Positions 42,453-54,341 of a stretch of DNA of 64,000 bases are shown here, piece after piece. A model generated the notes under the pieces. That model was given only the letters and a program-made list of their open reading frames with translations, searched no databases and had not been told where the DNA came from. This DNA comes from an uncultured Chloroflexia bacterium. Its GTDB lineage: Bacteria; Chloroflexota; Chloroflexia; Thermomicrobiales; JALYUS01. The position numbers and the translations under genes are program-made. The DNA is taken from contig CAVXPY010000036.1 of NCBI GenBank assembly GCA_963763655.1, positions 113,320 through 177,319 of the forward strand, written 5' to 3'. Each line of letters begins with the position of its first letter. Within the stretch, counting starts at the first letter, position 1.

Positions 42453-43458
42453 TCAATCATCGGTGCGGAGCATCGCGAGCAAATCGGCTTCGACATTGAC
42501 CCCGCCTGCGGTCCTGAGCGGCATCGGCCCCGGCAGTGCGACGCCGATGATCTCGTTCAGCGAGTCCAACCCTTCCGCATCAAGCCATGCGAGGAGGCCA
42601 TCGAGGACTTCGAGGGCGGCGTACGGGTTGATAAATGATGCCGTGCCGACCTGGATCGCCGTTGCGCCCGCCATGAAGAACTCCAGTGCGTCCTCCGTCG
42701 TGGCGATGCCCCCGATGCCGATGACGGGCACCGGGACGGCCTGCGCGACCTGCGACGTCATCCAGACCGCGACGGGCTTCACCGCAGGGCCGGAGAGGCC
42801 GCCGCCGCCCATCGCCAGTTGCGGGCCGCCGTCGCTTCGTGTCGATCCGCATTCCTTTGAGCGTATTGATGAGCGTGATCGCGTCCGCGCCCGCCGCGAC
42901 AACGGACTCCGCGATGGCGACGATGTCCGTCACATTCGGTGAGAGCTTGACGAGCACCGGCAGCGTCGTATTGGCGCGGACCGCCGCCGTCACCTCGCCC
43001 GCCATCACGCAATCGACACCGAACTGCATTCCGCCGACATCGACATTCGGGCAGGAGATATTGACCTCGATTGCCGCGATACCGGGCGCTTCATCGAGGA
43101 GGTGCGCCATCGCGGCGTAGTCATCGACATGCTCGCCGCTGATATTGACGAGCACCTTCGTCTGCCAGCGCTCCCAGATCGGGCCGTACTTGCGGATCGT
43201 CTCGTGAATGCCGGGGTTCTGGAGGCCGATGCTATTGAGCATCCCCGCGTGCGTCTCCGCGATCCGGGGCATCGCGTTCCCTTTGCGGGCGCGGAGCGTC
43301 GTCCCCTTTGAGACGATGCCACCGAGACGCTGAATATCCATGATCCGCGCGTATTCGATGCCGTAGCCGAAGGTGCCGGAGGCGACAAGCACGGGGTTCG
43401 CGAGGACGAGTTCGCGCGAGTTGCGCGGCGCGAGATCGGTTGCCAGGTTCACGACCAT
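42453..43458 (-). CDS. pyrD: Dihydroorotate dehydrogenase 1B catalytic subunit (one frameshift near 42820)
   Basis: [38 protein letters not shown] and [10 protein letters not shown] motifs. Confidence 0.95.
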
Positions 43459-43533
43459 AGCAGATCCTCCATCCGTTTCAATCCTCACCTGATGCGGGAC
43501 ATCAGATGCAAAACACCCTCTTGCGATGATGCG

Positions 43534-44322
43534 TTACCACGCAACCTCGTCCATCGCGAACACCGGCCCCTCGGTACATGTTCGCAGATACCCGCGTTTC
43601 GTCTCCACCACGCAGCCGAGGCAGACACCCATACCGCAGCCCATCTGCTGCTCGATACAGATCTGTACTGGCGGCGTGCGGACGCCGCGATGCTGCTCGA
43701 CTTTCGTCCGCAGCGAGCGGAACATCGGGTTGGGGCCGCAGGCGAAGATGCCGTCCGCCCAATCGAGGTAGTCCGGCATGAGATCGGTGACGAAGCCGAG
43801 ATGCCCGAGGGTGCCATCATCGGTCGCGCGGATCACCTCGACCTGTTCAGGGAGATAATGCAGCGGCAGATGCTTCTCTGCGGTTTGCGCGCCGATCAAT
43901 AGCACGATCTCCGCGCCCTTCGGCAACTCCTCATCCGCCAGCATGACGAGCGGCGCGATGCCCACCCCGCCCGCCACCATCAGTAGGTGTCGTTGGTTCC
44001 CCGAGACGGTAAAGGCGCTCCCGAGCGGCGCGAGGAGGTCCAGTGTGTCACCCGCTTTCCGATCCAGCAGCCATGCCGAGCCACGCCCGACATTCTGCAC
44101 GAGGATCAGCCCTTCATCCGTCGCCGGGTCCACGCCGAGGAGCGACATCGGGCGACGCAGCAGCGGGTCCCACTGATCCCCACTCTCTGCTGTGCGGATA
44201 TGGACGAACTGCCCGGCGCGCGCCTGCGTCGCAACATTGTGCGGCAACCGCACGCGCAGCACGACACTCCCGCGCCCCGCAGGCTCATTCTCGATAACTG
44301 GCGCACTGAACATCTGGGTCAC
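43534..44322 (-). CDS. pyrK: Dihydroorotate dehydrogenase electron-transfer subunit
   Basis: LLRRPMS, AGGVGIAP, ACGP and MGCGMGVCLGC..CTEGPVF motifs. Confidence 0.95.
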   Translation of the reverse strand: MTQMFSAPVIENEPAGRGSVVLRVRLPHNVATQARAGQFVHIRTAESGDQWDPLLRRPMSLLGVDPATDEGLILVQNVGRGSAWLLDRKAGDTLDLLAPLGSAFTVSGNQRHLLMVAGGVGIAPLVMLADEELPKGAEIVLLIGAQTAEKHLPLHYLPEQVEVIRATDDGTLGHLGFVTDLMPDYLDWADGIFACGPNPMFRSLRTKVEQHRGVRTPPVQICIEQQMGCGMGVCLGCVVETKRGYLRTCTEGPVFAMDEVAW

Positions 44323-44338
44323 GACGATGGCGCTCCCA

Positions 44339-44369
44339 CTCAGTCCTTAGTCCTCAGTCCTCAGTCCTG
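44339..44369. repeat. Heptamer tandem repeat (CAGTCCT)n
   Basis: ctcagtccttagtcctcagtcctcagtcct. Confidence 0.8.
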
Positions 44370-44370
44370 C

Positions 44371-47300
44371 TCAATACCCCCGACCGACCGTGCTCCGGTA
44401 CGCGGGCAGCGGTTGCACGGTGTATGCCTCGTTGCCGACGCGCATTGCCTCGATCATCGCGCGGGCGGTATCCATGCTGGTGATGCAGGGAACGCCACGC
44501 TCCACCGCCGCCCGGCGCATCAGGAAGGCATCGGCGACCTCGCGGTCCACCGGTCCCGGTGTATTGATGACTGCGTGCACGGTGCCACTGGAGATCAGGT
44601 CGAGCATATCCGGAGACCCCAGACCGATCCGGTGGGCGATACCCTGCACCGGGATGCTGTGCGCTTCCAACCACGCGGCCGTCCCCTCGGTCGCGTAGGT
44701 ATGGAAACCCATCCGCACGAGCGATTCCATGATCGTCGCGTACTCATCTGTTTTGTCGCTATCCTGCAAGGAGACGACGACGCTGCCGCGCTCCGGCAAG
44801 GACATTCCGGCGGCGGCGATTGCCTTGATGAAGGCGGGGGCGAAAGTGCGGTCGATGCCCATCGCCTCGCCGGTGGACTTCATCTCCGGCCCGAGGCCGA
44901 CCTCGACACCGCGCAGCTTCGCCATCGAGAAGACGGGCGCTTTGACCGCGACGAGCGGGCCGCGCGGCCACAAGCCCCCGTCGTACCCCTGATCCTTGAG
45001 GCTCTTACCGAGCATGATATTCGTCGCCAGCTTGACCATCGGCACGCCCGTCACCTTCGAGAGGAAGGGGACTGTCCGGCTGGCGCGCGGGTTCACTTCG
45101 ATGACGTAGAGGCGCGCGCGATAGATCACGTACTGAATATTCATCAGACCGCGCACGCCCATCGCCAGCGCGATCCGCGTCGTGTACTCGACGACTTGCT
45201 CGACTTCGGTCGGGTAGAGATTGACGCCGGGATAGACCGCGAACGAATCACCGGAATGGACGCCCGCGCGCTCGATATGCTCCATCACGCCGGGAATGAG
45301 GACATCGGTGCCGTCGCAGATCGCGTCTACCTCGACCTCTTTGCCGGCGAGGTATTTATCAATCAAGACCGGCTTATCCGAGAGCAGCACCGCGCGGCTG
45401 AGGTAGTTCCGCAAGTCATCTTCGGTATGCACGACCTCCATCGCCCGCCCGCCGAGCACGTACGAGGGCCGCACGAGCACCGGGATAGCCGATGGCTTCC
45501 GCCGCCATCTCCGCATCAAGGAGCGTGCGCACTGCGGTGCCCGGCGGCTGCGGAATACCGACCTGCCGCAGGAACTTCTCGAACCGCTTGCGATCCTCCG
45601 CGAGGTCAATCGCCTCCTGCCCGGAGCCGAGAATCGGCACCCCAAGCGCCGCCAGCGGCCCCGCGAGATTGATCGCCGTCTGCCCGCCAAACTGGAGCAC
45701 GACGGGCGGGGTGTTGGCAGAGGCTCCCCCCACCCCCGGCCCCACCCCCGCCGTGCGGGAGAGGGGAACTAACGCCGCGTCCCCTCCATCACCCATCGAG
45801 GGCAACGTAGCCACGGATGCGGCCACCGCAGCACCCACGGCACTTGCGGCAGCAACAAGGCTCCCCGCATTCTCTCCCCTTCCCCCGTGGGAAGGGGGTT
45901 GGGGGGTTAGGGTATCCCGTCCCCTCATGGTAGAGAATATCCATCACGCCCTCTTCATCGAGCGGGCCGATGTAGAGGCGGTCGGAGGTATCGAAGTCGG
46001 TGCTGACCGTCTCCGGGTTGTTGTTGAGCATGATCGAGCGGACATTCGCGGCGTGGAGGGCGTGCGCGGCCTGCACACAGGAGTAATCGAACTCGATTCC
46101 CTGCCCGATGCGGATCGGCCCGCTGCCGATCACGACCGCCTTGGGGCCGGGCGAGCGGCTCCGCTTCATTCTCATCCTCGTAGGTAGTGTAGAAGTACGG
46201 CGTCGCGGCATCGAACTCGGCGGCACACGTATCGACCATCTTGCAGACGGGCACGATGCCGACCGCGCGCCGTCGCGCCGCAATCTCCGCCTCCGGTGTC
46301 TCGGTGATCCGCCCGAGCGAGGCATCACCGAAGCCGATCCGCTTCGCTTCCCACAATAACTCATCCGTCAGCGGTTCACGTGCCAACCGCTCCTCCATCG
46401 CCACGATGGCGGCGAGGCGGCGCGTGAACCACGGGTCGATCCCCGTATCGGCGGAGAGTGTTTCCGCCGACATACCGCGCCGCAGGCGGGCCATCAGCGC
46501 CCATAACCGCTGATCGTTCGGGCGGCGCACGAGATCATCGAGGAGATCGGCGACCCTCGGGGCCATCCCACGACTGCTCTTCCCAACCGAGATCGCGCTG
46601 ATCCCATTCGAGCGAGCGCACCGCCTTTTGCAGTGCCGCCTCGAAGGAGCGATCAATCGCCATCACTTCGCCCGTCGCCTTCATCTGCGTGCCAATCGTC
46701 CGCTCGGCGCGATAGAACTTATCGAACGGCCAGCGGGGGATTTTGAGTACGCAGTAATCGAGCGCCGGTTCAAAGGCGGCGGTCGTCTTCGCGGTGACGG
46801 CGTTCGGGATGTCCCGCAGGAGCTTGCCGATGGCGATCTTCGCCGCGACCCGCGCGATCGGGTAGCCCGTCGCCTTCGAGGCGAGCGCGGAGGAACGACT
46901 GACGCGCGGGTTCACCTCGATCACGTAATACTGGGAGGAGCGCGGGTCGAGCGCGAACTGGATATTGCAGCCACCCTCGATGCCGAGCGCGCGGATGATC
47001 CGCAGTGAGGCGGAGCGCAGCATCTGGTAATCGCGGTCCGACAACGTCTGCGAGGGTGCAACGACGATGCTATCCCCCGTATGAACGCCGACCGGATCGA
47101 AGTTTTCCATATTGCAGATCGTGATGCAGGTATCCGCGCTGTCGCGCATCACCTCGTACTCGACTTCCTTCCAGCCAAGCAGTGATCGTTCGAGAAGAAT
47201 CTGATGGATCGGGCTGGCATGGAGGCCCGCGAGCACTCGGGCATCGAGTTCGTCCCAGGTGTCCGCGATGCCGCCGCCGGTGCCGCCGAGCGTGTAGGCG

Positions 47301-47824
47301 GGGCGGATAATGAGCGGCGGCGGGACGAGCCGCGCGAACGCGTGCGCTTCCTCAAGGGTGTGGCAGATCGCACTCGCGATGGACGGTTCGCCGATACTCT
47401 CCAACGTCTCTTTGAAGAGCGCGCGGTCTTCCGCCTTCTTGATCGACTCCAGCGGCGTGCCGAGCATACGGACGTTGTACTTTTCGAGAACGCCCGCTTC
47501 GGCCAGTTGCACCGCGAGATTGAGCCCCGTCTGCCCGCCGAGCGTCGGCAGGAGGCCATCGGGCCGCTCGCGCTGAATGATGCGCCGGAGAACATCGACC
47601 GTCAGCGGTTCGATATAGACGACATCCGCGACATCTTCGTCGGTCATGATCGTCGCCGGGTTGGAGTTGACGAGGACGACACGCACGCCCTCTTCGCGCA
47701 GGGCACGGCACGCTTGCGTTCCCGCATAGTCAAATTCCGCCGCTTGCCCGATGACTATCGGGCCGGAACCGATCACGAAGACCGTCCGGGGCGTCTCAGG
47801 CACATTCGATGCGGGCGTCGTCAC
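44371..47824 (-). CDS. carB: Carbamoyl-phosphate synthase large subunit (frameshifts; about 70-aa repeat-derived insertion)
   Basis: [84 protein letters not shown] and an MGS domain. Confidence 0.96.
45722..45913. repeat. Family A doublet inside carB
   Basis: ctccccccacccccggccccacccccgccgtgcgggagagggg...ccccttcccccgtgggaagggggttggggggttaggg. Confidence 0.88.
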
Positions 47825-47843
47825 AGGTACTACTCTCCTACGT

Positions 47844-48607
47844 TCAGCCGATCAGCAGGTCGGCGATGCGGGTAATGGGCGGGAAGCGGTCGAAATCCGA
47901 GTGCGGCACGGCGGCGAGCGTCACGTAGTTCATGCCGCAATGTGCCCATCTCCATCTCACGGTACGGCTCGATGATCGCTTTGATCTGCGGCGTCGGGTA
48001 GTGCTCGCGGTAGTAGCAGAGCGACATATGCGGCAGGAAGGGCGGTGCATTGATCGGGTCCGGCTGATCGTGCGGCGCTTCACCCTCCGGTGAGGGTGAT
48101 TCGGCGGAGAGGGCAGCCGGACCAAAGCCCGGCAAACCGATCTGATGAAGGACGTGGACGAGCGCATCACGCAGCGGCGCGAGGCCATTTCGCTCATCGT
48201 GGACCTCGACAAATGCGGCGTTGCCAAATGAGTTGACACCCCGGAGCGTCAGCATCAGCGGCTGAACATCGCGCAGCGCGCGGCTGGCCCGATCCATAAT
48301 CCGGGCGATATTGCCGTTCGTCGTGCGGATTGCGGACTCCAAGCCCGATGCCGAGCACCGTGATATGCAGGAAGTGCGAGGGCAGGACATCGTCGATGCC
48401 CGCCTCAGTCAGCGCCTCGCGCACAGGCCGTGCCGCCTCGACGATACCGCGGCCGGTGATCGGGATGAGGAAGGCGATATAGGACGATTTCTCGTCACGG
48501 GCACGGTAATCCAACTCGTGTGCATTCTCATCGTTCGTCGTCGGGCGCGTGACGAACTGCTGCCAGGCTTCATCGTAGGTCGTTGCGAACTCTCGTGTAG
48601 CTGTCAT
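47844..48607 (-). CDS. 2H phosphoesterase (2'-5' RNA ligase/LigT family), two probable indels
   Basis: FLHITVL and [10 protein letters not shown] (two HxT/S motifs). Confidence 0.8.
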
Positions 48608-48684
48608 TGATGTGGTCGCTCCTCCCGTGTGTAGACGCACATCGTATTGCTGGCAGGATACCACTTCCCCGCACGGAAACCCTC

Positions 48685-49374
48685 TCATACCCCACCCCCG
48701 AGCGCGATTCGCCGCACCGTCTCCATCGGCGGGTACGGTGCGCCATTCCCGGCGATGCGCACAAGCTCGATCGCCTCGATCGACACGCTGCCGCAATCCG
48801 CGCGCCGGTTCGGCGCGAGCGCGCGGACCACCGTGTCGGCAGGGTAGGCGCGGTCGTAATAGCAGAGGGAGAGATGTGGCAGGTAGGGTCGCTCCGGGTG
48901 GCGCACGGGCACGCGATCCGCTGCCACGAGTGCGTCTACGACCCGGCGCTGCATCCGCTGAAGCGGCAGCGATGGGTCCTCTTCATGGACGCCGACGAAT
49001 GCCGCCGCGCCGAAGGAGTTGACCCCGTACAGACGGAGCGCGAACGGTGGTGTGTCGGCGAGGGCCGCTGCCACGGTATCCGCAAGTGCATCCGCAATCG
49101 CTTCGGTCAAGCCGCTCTCACCGAGGTTGCCGAGGCTCTGCACAGTGATATGGAGGAAGTCCGGCGGGATGCAATGCATAATCCCTTCCTGTTGAAGCGG
49201 TGCTTCGAGTGCCACGACACACGGGAGGATCGCGGCATCGGGCCGAAGAACGAAGACAGAGAAGGGTGTGGCGGTCGCGCTCCACAGGCCAAAGATGCGC
49301 GTCGCGGCATCGACAGTCTCGCGCGCCGCCAGCGCCGCCCAGGCGTCATCGAGGAGGTTCGCTATGCCGCTCAC
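48685..49374 (-). CDS. 2H phosphoesterase (2'-5' RNA ligase/LigT family)
   Basis: FLHITVQ and [10 protein letters not shown] motifs; GTGA overlap with the carA stop. Confidence 0.85.
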   Translation of the reverse strand: MSGIANLLDDAWAALAARETVDAATRIFGLWSATATPFSVFVLRPDAAILPCVVALEAPLQQEGIMHCIPPDFLHITVQSLGNLGESGLTEAIADALADTVAAALADTPPFALRLYGVNSFGAAAFVGVHEEDPSLPLQRMQRRVVDALVAADRVPVRHPERPYLPHLSLCYYDRAYPADTVVRALAPNRRADCGSVSIEAIELVRIAGNGAPYPPMETVRRIALGGGV

Positions 49375-50533
49375 GCGGTCTGCCCCTGCACCGGCTCTTG
49401 CCGCCGCGCCCCCCGATACTGCTCGACCATCGCAAGGAAGCGGTCGAAGAGGTCCTGGCTATCCTGCGGGCCGGGCGCGCCTTCCGGGTGATACTGGATA
49501 CTGAAGGCGGGCAAGTGCGTCGTGCATCAGCCCCTCGACCGAGCCGTCGTTGAGGTTGAGATGCGCGACGCGCCAGCCGTCCGCCGTCGGAATCGAATCC
49601 GGCTCGACCTTGAAACCGTGATTCTGGCTCGTCACCCGCACCTGCCCGGTGACGAGATCGAGCACCGGGTGATTGCCGCCGCGATGCCCGAACGGCAAGC
49701 GGCTCGTCTTCGCGCCGATCGCCAGGGCGAGCAATTGATGGCCGAGGCAGACGCCCGCATACGGCGTGCCGCTCTCCAACACCTGCCGCACCGTCTCGAC
49801 CGCCTCCTGCGCATTCTCCGGGTCGCCGGGGCCGGGCGAGCAGAGCACGCCGTCCGGGTCGAGCGCGCGGACCGCCGCGTACGGCGTGTCGTGCGGCACG
49901 ACGGTCACGCGCGACCCCGCGCGCGACGAGCGAGCGGACGATGTTCTCCTTCAGTCCGCAATCGAGGACGACGACATGCGGCCCGTCGAGCGGCGCCGTC
50001 GTAATCGCGCGATGCGGTCAGCGCGCTGACATCACCGACCGCGTCGATGTCCGAGGTGAGCGACGCGCGGCGCGCCCGCTCGATCAGTTCCGCATCGGTC
50101 ATGCCCGTGCGATCCGGCACGAGCACGCCGCGCACGAGACCGTGCGTGCGGATATGGCGGGTGAGGGCGCGTGTATCCACATCCGCGATGCCGGGGATGC
50201 CGTGCGCGCGTGAGATAGTCATCGAGCGTGCCGGTCATCTGCCAATGGCTCGGCTCGTCCACGTATTCGCGCACGATCAGGGCGGAAACCCACGGCTGGC
50301 GCGACTCGTCATCGCCCGGCGTGACGCCATAGTTGCCGATGATCGGGTAGGTCAGGCAGACGAGTTGACCGCGAAACGAGGGGTCGGTAGCGATCTCCTG
50401 ATAGCCCGGTCATGCAGGTCGTGAAGACGACCTCGCCGTCGGTCTCGACGCGCGCGCCGAATGGACGGCCCGGAAAGATCCGCCCGTCTTCGAGCGCGAG
50501 CGCGGCGATCCGACCGGCAGCCTGAAACGGCAT
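49371..50533 (-). CDS. carA: Carbamoyl-phosphate synthase small subunit (frameshifted)
   Basis: [53 protein letters not shown] and SQNHGF motifs. Confidence 0.95.
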
Positions 50534-51932
50534 TACGCGCCCTCCTCCAATGAAACGCCGGCTCCCGCCGGGCGTCGTAGACAACGCGACCACCGATCAA
50601 TGTCGCGCGCACCGCGCCCGTCAGCCGCATCCCGAGGAGCGGCGTATTCGGCGACTTCGAGACGAGCGTCGTCTTCCGAGACGATGAACGACGCGTTCGG
50701 ATCGAAAATCGTCACATCCGCGGTCGCGCCGGTGCTGCAACGCGCCACCCGAGCAGATTGAAGACGCGCGCCGCATTGACGGTCAGGTGCGCGCACGATC
50801 TCCGGGATCGTCAGCAAGCCCGCCTTGCACCATCTCCATCAGCAGCGGCAGCGCGGTTTCGGAGGCGGTGAAGCCGGAGGGCGCGGTGGCGAGGTCTTGC
50901 GCCTTCTCCGCCATCGTGTGCGGCGCGTGATCGGTCGCGATGCAATCGAGCGTGCCGTCCTTCAGCCCGGCGAGCACGGCGGCGGCATCCTCGCTCGTCC
51001 GCAGCGGTGGATTAACCTTCGCGAGCGGGTCGAGCGTCGGCCAGCCGGGATGATAGGGCTTCTCCCATGCCCATGCCCGCCCGCCCGCGACCCATTCGTC
51101 CGTCAGCGTCAGTGGTGCGGCATCGCCTCACCCGTCGCCCGTACGCCGCGCGCCTTCGCCTCGCGCAGCAGTTGCACGCCGCCTGCCGTACTGACATGGC
51201 AGAGATGCAGGAGGCCGCCCGTCTCCTCCGCCAGCCGCAGATCGCGCGCGATGATCGCTTCTTCCGCCTCGCGCGGGATGCCCGGCACGCGCATTCGGCG
51301 CGAAACGATCCCCGCATTCATCCCCGCACCCTCCGGGATCAGCGCCTTGTCCTCACAATGAACCGCGAGCGGCTTGCCGTGCTCCCGCGTCGCTTCCAAG
51401 GCGGCCGCGCATGATCGTCGTCGCTCATGCAACTGTCGCCATCATCGGAGAAGGCGACCGCGCCCGCCGCCGCCATCGCCGCCCACGGCGCGGGTGCCTC
51501 GCCTTGCCGCCCGATGCTGATCGCGCCAATCGGCGAGACGCGCACGATGCCTTCGAGAATCGCGCGCTCCTGCACATCACGGATGATCGCCGCGCTATCG
51601 AGCGCAGGCGAGGTATTCGGCATACAGCAGACGTGGGTGAATCCGCCGCGCGCCGCCGCCCGCGTACCCGGTCGCGAGCGTTTCCTTCTGGGTCTGGCCC
51701 GGATCACGCAGGTGGACATGGATATCAATCAGCCCAGGGCAGACGATGCAGCCCGTCGCGTCCAGCTTCGTCAGGCATCGGCGTGCGCAGGCCATCGAAA
51801 CGGTTCGCGACCGCACCGAGCGCGGCGATCCGACCGTTCGTGATGATGACATCCGCGATGCCATCGAAGCCGGACGCCGGATCGATCACGCGCCCGCCGC
51901 GAATGACGAGGCTCGTGCCCGCTCGTACTCAT
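50533..51932 (-). CDS. pyrC: Dihydroorotase (frameshifted)
   Basis: [36 protein letters not shown] and IATDHAPH motifs. Confidence 0.93.
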
Positions 51933-51959
51933 CGGTAGCTCGCCCCGCCCGTCGGACAG

Positions 51960-51989
51960 AAAAAAAGCCTCCCGGAAAAACCGGAAGGC
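51960..51989 (-). terminator. Intrinsic terminator in the pyr operon leader
   Basis: GCCUUCCGG-UUUUU-CCGGGAGGC-U7, 28 nt upstream of the pyrC ATG. Confidence 0.8.
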
Positions 51990-52147
51990 GCGAGCGCTGC
52001 GTGCAGCGGATCTCCTCCGGGTCTGCCCGGCGGACGACGGCGCGGTGATTCTGCGATTTGCCAGTTTGCTGCACCCAGCTGTTGCGCCTCGCAATCGCGA
52101 ACGCGTGGTCATCGTGCGGCGGGATCATGCCCCTGCTCCGACTGCAC

Positions 52148-52175
52148 AGTATACGATGATACACGCGGGCGTCAA
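52148..52175 (-). promoter_or_regulatory. pyr operon promoter TTGACG-N16-TATACT
   Basis: Minus strand reads ttgacg cccgcgtgtatcatcg tatact. Confidence 0.7.
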
Positions 52176-52272
52176 CCCCTTTTCCACAGATGAACGTACA
52201 GTCGCGGATAGCTGTGCGTTCGCGGTATGCTGCGGAATGATACGCCGATGCTCCGCAGGAAAGGATCGTCCG

Positions 52273-53100
52273 ATGTCTGAGATCGAGCCGATCTCGCGAC
52301 CGTCCGGCAACGAGAAGATCTGCCTCCGCATACGCAGTGTTCCGTTTGTCCGTACCAAGGCGGCGAATGCAACGTGCTGTGGGCGATCGGCGCCGCGGCG
52401 CTGATCCTCGTGCTTATTGTATCGTCGGGCATTCGTCGCTGACGCGTGATCAGCATCGCGGCGGCAATCATGCGGCCGCCGGAGTCGCACAGACGTTCGC
52501 CGCACCGCGAGCTGGCAATACGGCAAGATCGACGCTGACCGCGAATGCCGCGACAGTCGCGCTCCATCCGCTCGACACTGGCAATCCGAACCTCCTGCAA
52601 GGCTCGTTCACGCCGGGCAAGGACCGGGGCGACGCGATCCTCGCAACATAAGGGCGACACCTGGACAACTGCGCGAGGAGAACGGCTCGAGCGAACAGCA
52701 GCCGATTCCGCCATCGTGGGATGTCGGCATTGCCTCCGGCATCGCCCTCGATCTGTCGCTGACCCTCGACGCAACGAGCAGCGATGTCGACCTGAAGGCG
52801 ATCGACCCTTACCTCGCTCGACGCCGAGGCGAACGCGAGCACGCTCCGCCTCGATCCTCCCGACGACATATAGCGGCGACGTGAAGGGCAAGATCAACGC
52901 GGCGGCGGGCAATGTACAGGTGACGGTGCCGCCCGGCGCGGCGGTGCGCATCGTGATCGAGACGAAAGCGGGCAGCCGCGACATGCCCACCCGCTTCGTG
53001 CCAGAAAAATGGCGGCTACGAGACGCCCGAATATGCAAGCGCGAAGAACCGCCTCACCCTCACCATCTCCGCCCACGCCGGGCGCGTCACGGTGATTTGA
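52273..53100 (+). CDS. Hypothetical membrane-anchored protein with a LiaF/toast-rack-like beta-solenoid (frameshifted)
   Basis: One N-terminal TM (GAALILVLIVS); C-terminal KINAAAGNVQVTVPPGAAVRIV-type strands. Confidence 0.5.
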
Positions 53101-53110
53101 AACGCTCGCC

Positions 53111-53213
53111 GCCCCTCCCCCGACCCCCTCCCGCTGTGCGGGAGAGGGGAGCTGTTACTCCCCTTCGGGTGCCGCTTTGGGCAGGACCTGGGGAAGGGGC
53201 CGGGGGTTAGGGC
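53111..53213. repeat. Family A REP-like palindromic doublet
   Basis: gcccctcccccgaccccctcccgctgtgcgggagagggg...ggggaaggggccgggggttagggc. Confidence 0.85.
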
Positions 53214-53397
53214 TGAAACCGGACGTTTGCAATCCCGAATGCGTGGCGCGGCCGTCTTATGTTATGCTGCGCGGAACCCGCCAGGGGCGGGTGTGGACGA
53301 CCATGCGGAGGGCGGCGCGCGCGGTCCGGCGCGACGATGACCGGGCAGGCTGGCATGGTCAACGCGGAAAGGGAAGCGCTCGCGGGGGATGGAACAC

Positions 53398-54338
53398 ATG
53401 AGGGAGCGGATATTTCCGCCGTGGTCACGAGCGGCCAGCGGCGCGGCAGGACGATCCGCCACACCGCAATCGAAGTTCAAGCCCGAGCCACGCGCCGCTG
53501 GCGGACGACGGCACCTCGTCGGCCATCATCGTGGCCTGTACCACGTGCAAAGAACCCCTCTATGTCAAGGAACTGGAGAACAACCTCCATGTCTGCCCGA
53601 AGTGCGGCGACGCATTTTCGCCTGAACGCGCGCCAGCGTGTTGCTACACCCTCGATGAGCCGACCTTCGAGGAATGGGACATGACCGTCCGCCCGACGGA
53701 TCCCCTCGGCTTCGCCGTCGGGTGCGGAGCGCTATCAGGACGAAACTCGAGCCGGCGCGCAAGAAGACCGACTGAGACCGAAGCGATGATCACCGGGCGC
53801 GGCACGATCAATGGCGAGCCCGTCGCGATCGCCATCGCGGATTTCGCCTTCATGGGCGCGACGATGGGTAGCGTCTATGGCGAGAAACTTGCCCGTGCCG
53901 CCGAGCGCGCCGTCTGCGAGCGATTGCCACTCGTCACCTTCAATGCCTCCGGCGGCGCGCGGATGCAGGAAGGGCTCTTCTCCCTCATGCAGATGGCGAA
54001 GACGACCGCCGCAGTCGCTCGACTCGGTGACGCTGGCCTGCCGCACATCGCGGTCCTGACCGACCCCTGCTACGGCGGCGTGACGGCCTCCTACGCGACG
54101 GTCGCGGACATCATCCTCGCCGAACCGGGCGCACGCATCGGCTTTGCCGGGAAGACGATGATTGAGCAGAATCATGAAGCCAGAAGTTGGCCGATGACGT
54201 GCAGACTGCGGAGTTTCAACTGAAACATGGCATGATTGATGATGTCGTCCATCGGCGCGATTTGCGGCAGACGCTCACGTACGCTGCTCGCGCTCTACCG
54301 TACACCACGCGGAGCGAGCGAAGCCGCGCAAGGAGTGA
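53398..54338 (+). CDS. accD: Acetyl-CoA carboxylase carboxyltransferase beta (frameshifted; ends approximate)
   Basis: [47 protein letters not shown] and GGVTASYA motifs. Confidence 0.93.
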
Positions 54339-54341
54339 CCG

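Noticed and set aside
45700-45930. Intein or self-splicing intron in carB
   Set aside because: No C/S...HN intein termini and no group I/II features; the ends match the family A repeat.
52030-52060. T-box in the pyr leader (ACCGCG...TCGTCC)
   Set aside because: The GGTGG half of the T-box and a stem I are absent.
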